Below the pieces are notes generated by a model that was given only the letters and a program-made list of their open reading frames with translations, was not told the origin of the DNA and made no database searches. From Candidatus Omnitrophota bacterium (GTDB lineage Bacteria; Omnitrophota; Gorgyraeia; Tantalellales; Tantalellaceae), in the NCBI GenBank assembly GCA_015231405.1, contig JADGBR010000001.1, forward strand, positions 385,762-449,761: 64,000 nucleotides of DNA, read 5' to 3'. A program made the translations under genes and the position numbers. Shown in pieces: positions 62,625 to 64,000 of the stretch (its first letter is position 1; every line of letters begins with the position of its first letter).

Positions 62625-63962
62625 TTATTTATTTTTAGTTTGAGAGTTCATTAAAGCCGGGTCGATCAACTGGGTGCTAGCCTCTTTTTTTGACTTGACG
62701 TCCCACGCTTGTTTCATCGCGATCACGTTCTTAAATTGATTTCTTCTTATCACCTCTGTTTTGCGTGATATAGTTTTATCATCCCCTAACATTACTTTAT
62801 CAGTATTTACGTCATTGACAATTTGATCTTCAGACTTTGCCGTCGCGTTGGAATTTTCAGATAGCTTTAATCTTTCCGCCGCAGTCTCGTCAAAAGTCGT
62901 TTGCTCGGTTTGAAGGGCTTTTTCATCTCCATCCAACACCGCTTTCTGATCGTTGTAATTGATCACATCGTACCAGGGATAGTAAGCCGGCATTTCGCCT
63001 TCGGTTACTTCGTTCATATTTTCCAGCTCGCCGTCTTCGTTATAGAAATACTCCCCTTTTAACACATACTCTTTCTCTCCGCTCTCGTTGTAACCGGTAT
63101 AGTCGATATTGACCTTTTTAAGTTTGCCTGTATCCGCGTCTCTTTCTATATCAACTTTGAGGTCATATTCGTAGCTGGCATAGGTCGGCAGAGACGGGTG
63201 ATCGTCCCTTTGTTTTTCGGACGGGAAATATTTATCGAGGATCACGTAATCACCTTTTCTGGCGGCACCGTCCTCGTACTGAAGCCAGAATGGAGAGTAT
63301 GACTGCGGATCCCCGGGTTTTATGGTTGATGGGTCCTGGATCACGGGATATCCGGCAAGGGGGTCAAATTCCAAATTCTCACCGCCGTACAGGTAAAGGT
63401 CTATAGGAAGTTTTTCGATGTAGTACGGATATCCGTCATTTTCCCTTCCCCTCTTATGAGTTTCAACATGAGAGACTTTCGTTTGGGCGACGCCGTCAAC
63501 GATTATGGTTTCGTATTCCTGATGGGTGTTCATAGTCCAGTCGATACTGGCCCACATTTCTGGACGTTCCCAGGGTCTGCCGCTCCACCATGAACTTGTG
63601 GTTACCTGAATGCCGGCATATGTGGCGCTTTTCACCGTGCCGTCCTCGTTGTAAAGATATTCACAATCCTCGGTCTTTTTGACCTCTCCTCTCCTGGCGT
63701 AATATCTGTCAAGAAGAACAGCCTGATCATTGCCGGTTTCAAGCGGGAGGATCGTTCCCTTATCATAGATGTCATAGAAATTACGGAAAGAGCCCCGGGT
63801 AGTCTCTTTATGGTAATTCGTAAGGTTTTCGTTCTGGTCGTAATTGAACTGGGAGAAAGACGCGCGTGATCCGTCAGTGTTATAGCTCTGGGATGTCCAC
63901 TGCATAAGCGTCTTGTTGTCGGAATAGTAGGCCATGGTCTCTGATGTTTCCATATACGGCAT
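62625..63962 (-). CDS. Protein with YD/RHS-repeat-like motifs (445 aa), no signal peptide
   Basis: Recurring Y-x-Y-N-E-D-G motifs: CEYLYNEDGTVKSATY and GEYFYNEDGELENM. An in-frame stop at 63993-63995 bounds the ORF inside the window. The better start may be the ATG at ~63953 (second Met), which places AGGGGA 9 nt upstream. Confidence 0.45.
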   Translation of the reverse strand: MPYMETSETMAYYSDNKTLMQWTSQSYNTDGSRASFSQFNYDQNENLTNYHKETTRGSFRNFYDIYDKGTILPLETGNDQAVLLDRYYARRGEVKKTEDCEYLYNEDGTVKSATYAGIQVTTSSWWSGRPWERPEMWASIDWTMNTHQEYETIIVDGVAQTKVSHVETHKRGRENDGYPYYIEKLPIDLYLYGGENLEFDPLAGYPVIQDPSTIKPGDPQSYSPFWLQYEDGAARKGDYVILDKYFPSEKQRDDHPSLPTYASYEYDLKVDIERDADTGKLKKVNIDYTGYNESGEKEYVLKGEYFYNEDGELENMNEVTEGEMPAYYPWYDVINYNDQKAVLDGDEKALQTEQTTFDETAAERLKLSENSNATAKSEDQIVNDVNTDKVMLGDDKTISRKTEVIRRNQFKNVIAMKQAWDVKSKKEASTQLIDPALMNSQTKNK

Positions 63963-64000
63963 ATTCCCCTGAGAATGGTATCTTGAATTATTACTTACGA

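Noticed and set aside
1-64000. Mobile element / prophage / IS
   Set aside because: No transposase, integrase, recombinase or phage structural gene signatures were recognised. The only accessory-like cargo is the HepT/MntA pair.

Overview
This 64-kb window is dominated by four giant co-localised genes. Together with a few partner genes they occupy more than 80% of the window. Two giants on the + strand are 5122 aa (776-16144) and 6162 aa (25198-43686). Each has three MoxR/midasin-type AAA+ modules followed by a C-terminal vWA/MIDAS domain. The 6162-aa protein also carries a signal peptide, tandem 7-bladed WD40 propellers, an HExxH motif and a long acidic Gly/Glu/Asp tract just before the MIDAS domain, which makes the architecture strikingly midasin-like. 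Two tandem paralogous giants on the - strand are 2263 aa (51441-58232) and 1992 aa (45257-51235). Both are secreted and share with the 6162-aa protein a ~450-aa N-terminal domain that carries twin GX2H motifs. The domain is not obviously assignable and may be Tiki/TraB/GumN-like. The two also share a C-terminal domain ending in EVLRSL. The 2263-aa protein additionally has an HExxH motif and three consecutive FHA domains. Accessory genes are: two membrane proteins, one sharing a ~200-aa C-terminal module with the 5122-aa giant; a 1506-aa secreted protein with Ig/BACON-like repeats; an SDR oxidoreductase with an N-terminal zinc ribbon; a membrane-anchored retropepsin-like aspartic protease directly upstream of the minus-strand giants; a secreted GH5-like hydrolase; a possible YD-repeat-like protein (weak call); and a HepT/MntA toxin-antitoxin pair wedged between the convergent giants. 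That convergent intergenic region also holds a 39-40-bp tandem repeat array and twin 22-bp-stem hairpins. No rRNA, tRNA, CRISPR, transposase or integrase was recognised. The window resembles the giant-gene loci reported from uncultivated bacteria such as Omnitrophota, but taxonomy cannot be established from sequence alone. All domain calls come from motif reading by eye and need HMM or structure confirmation.
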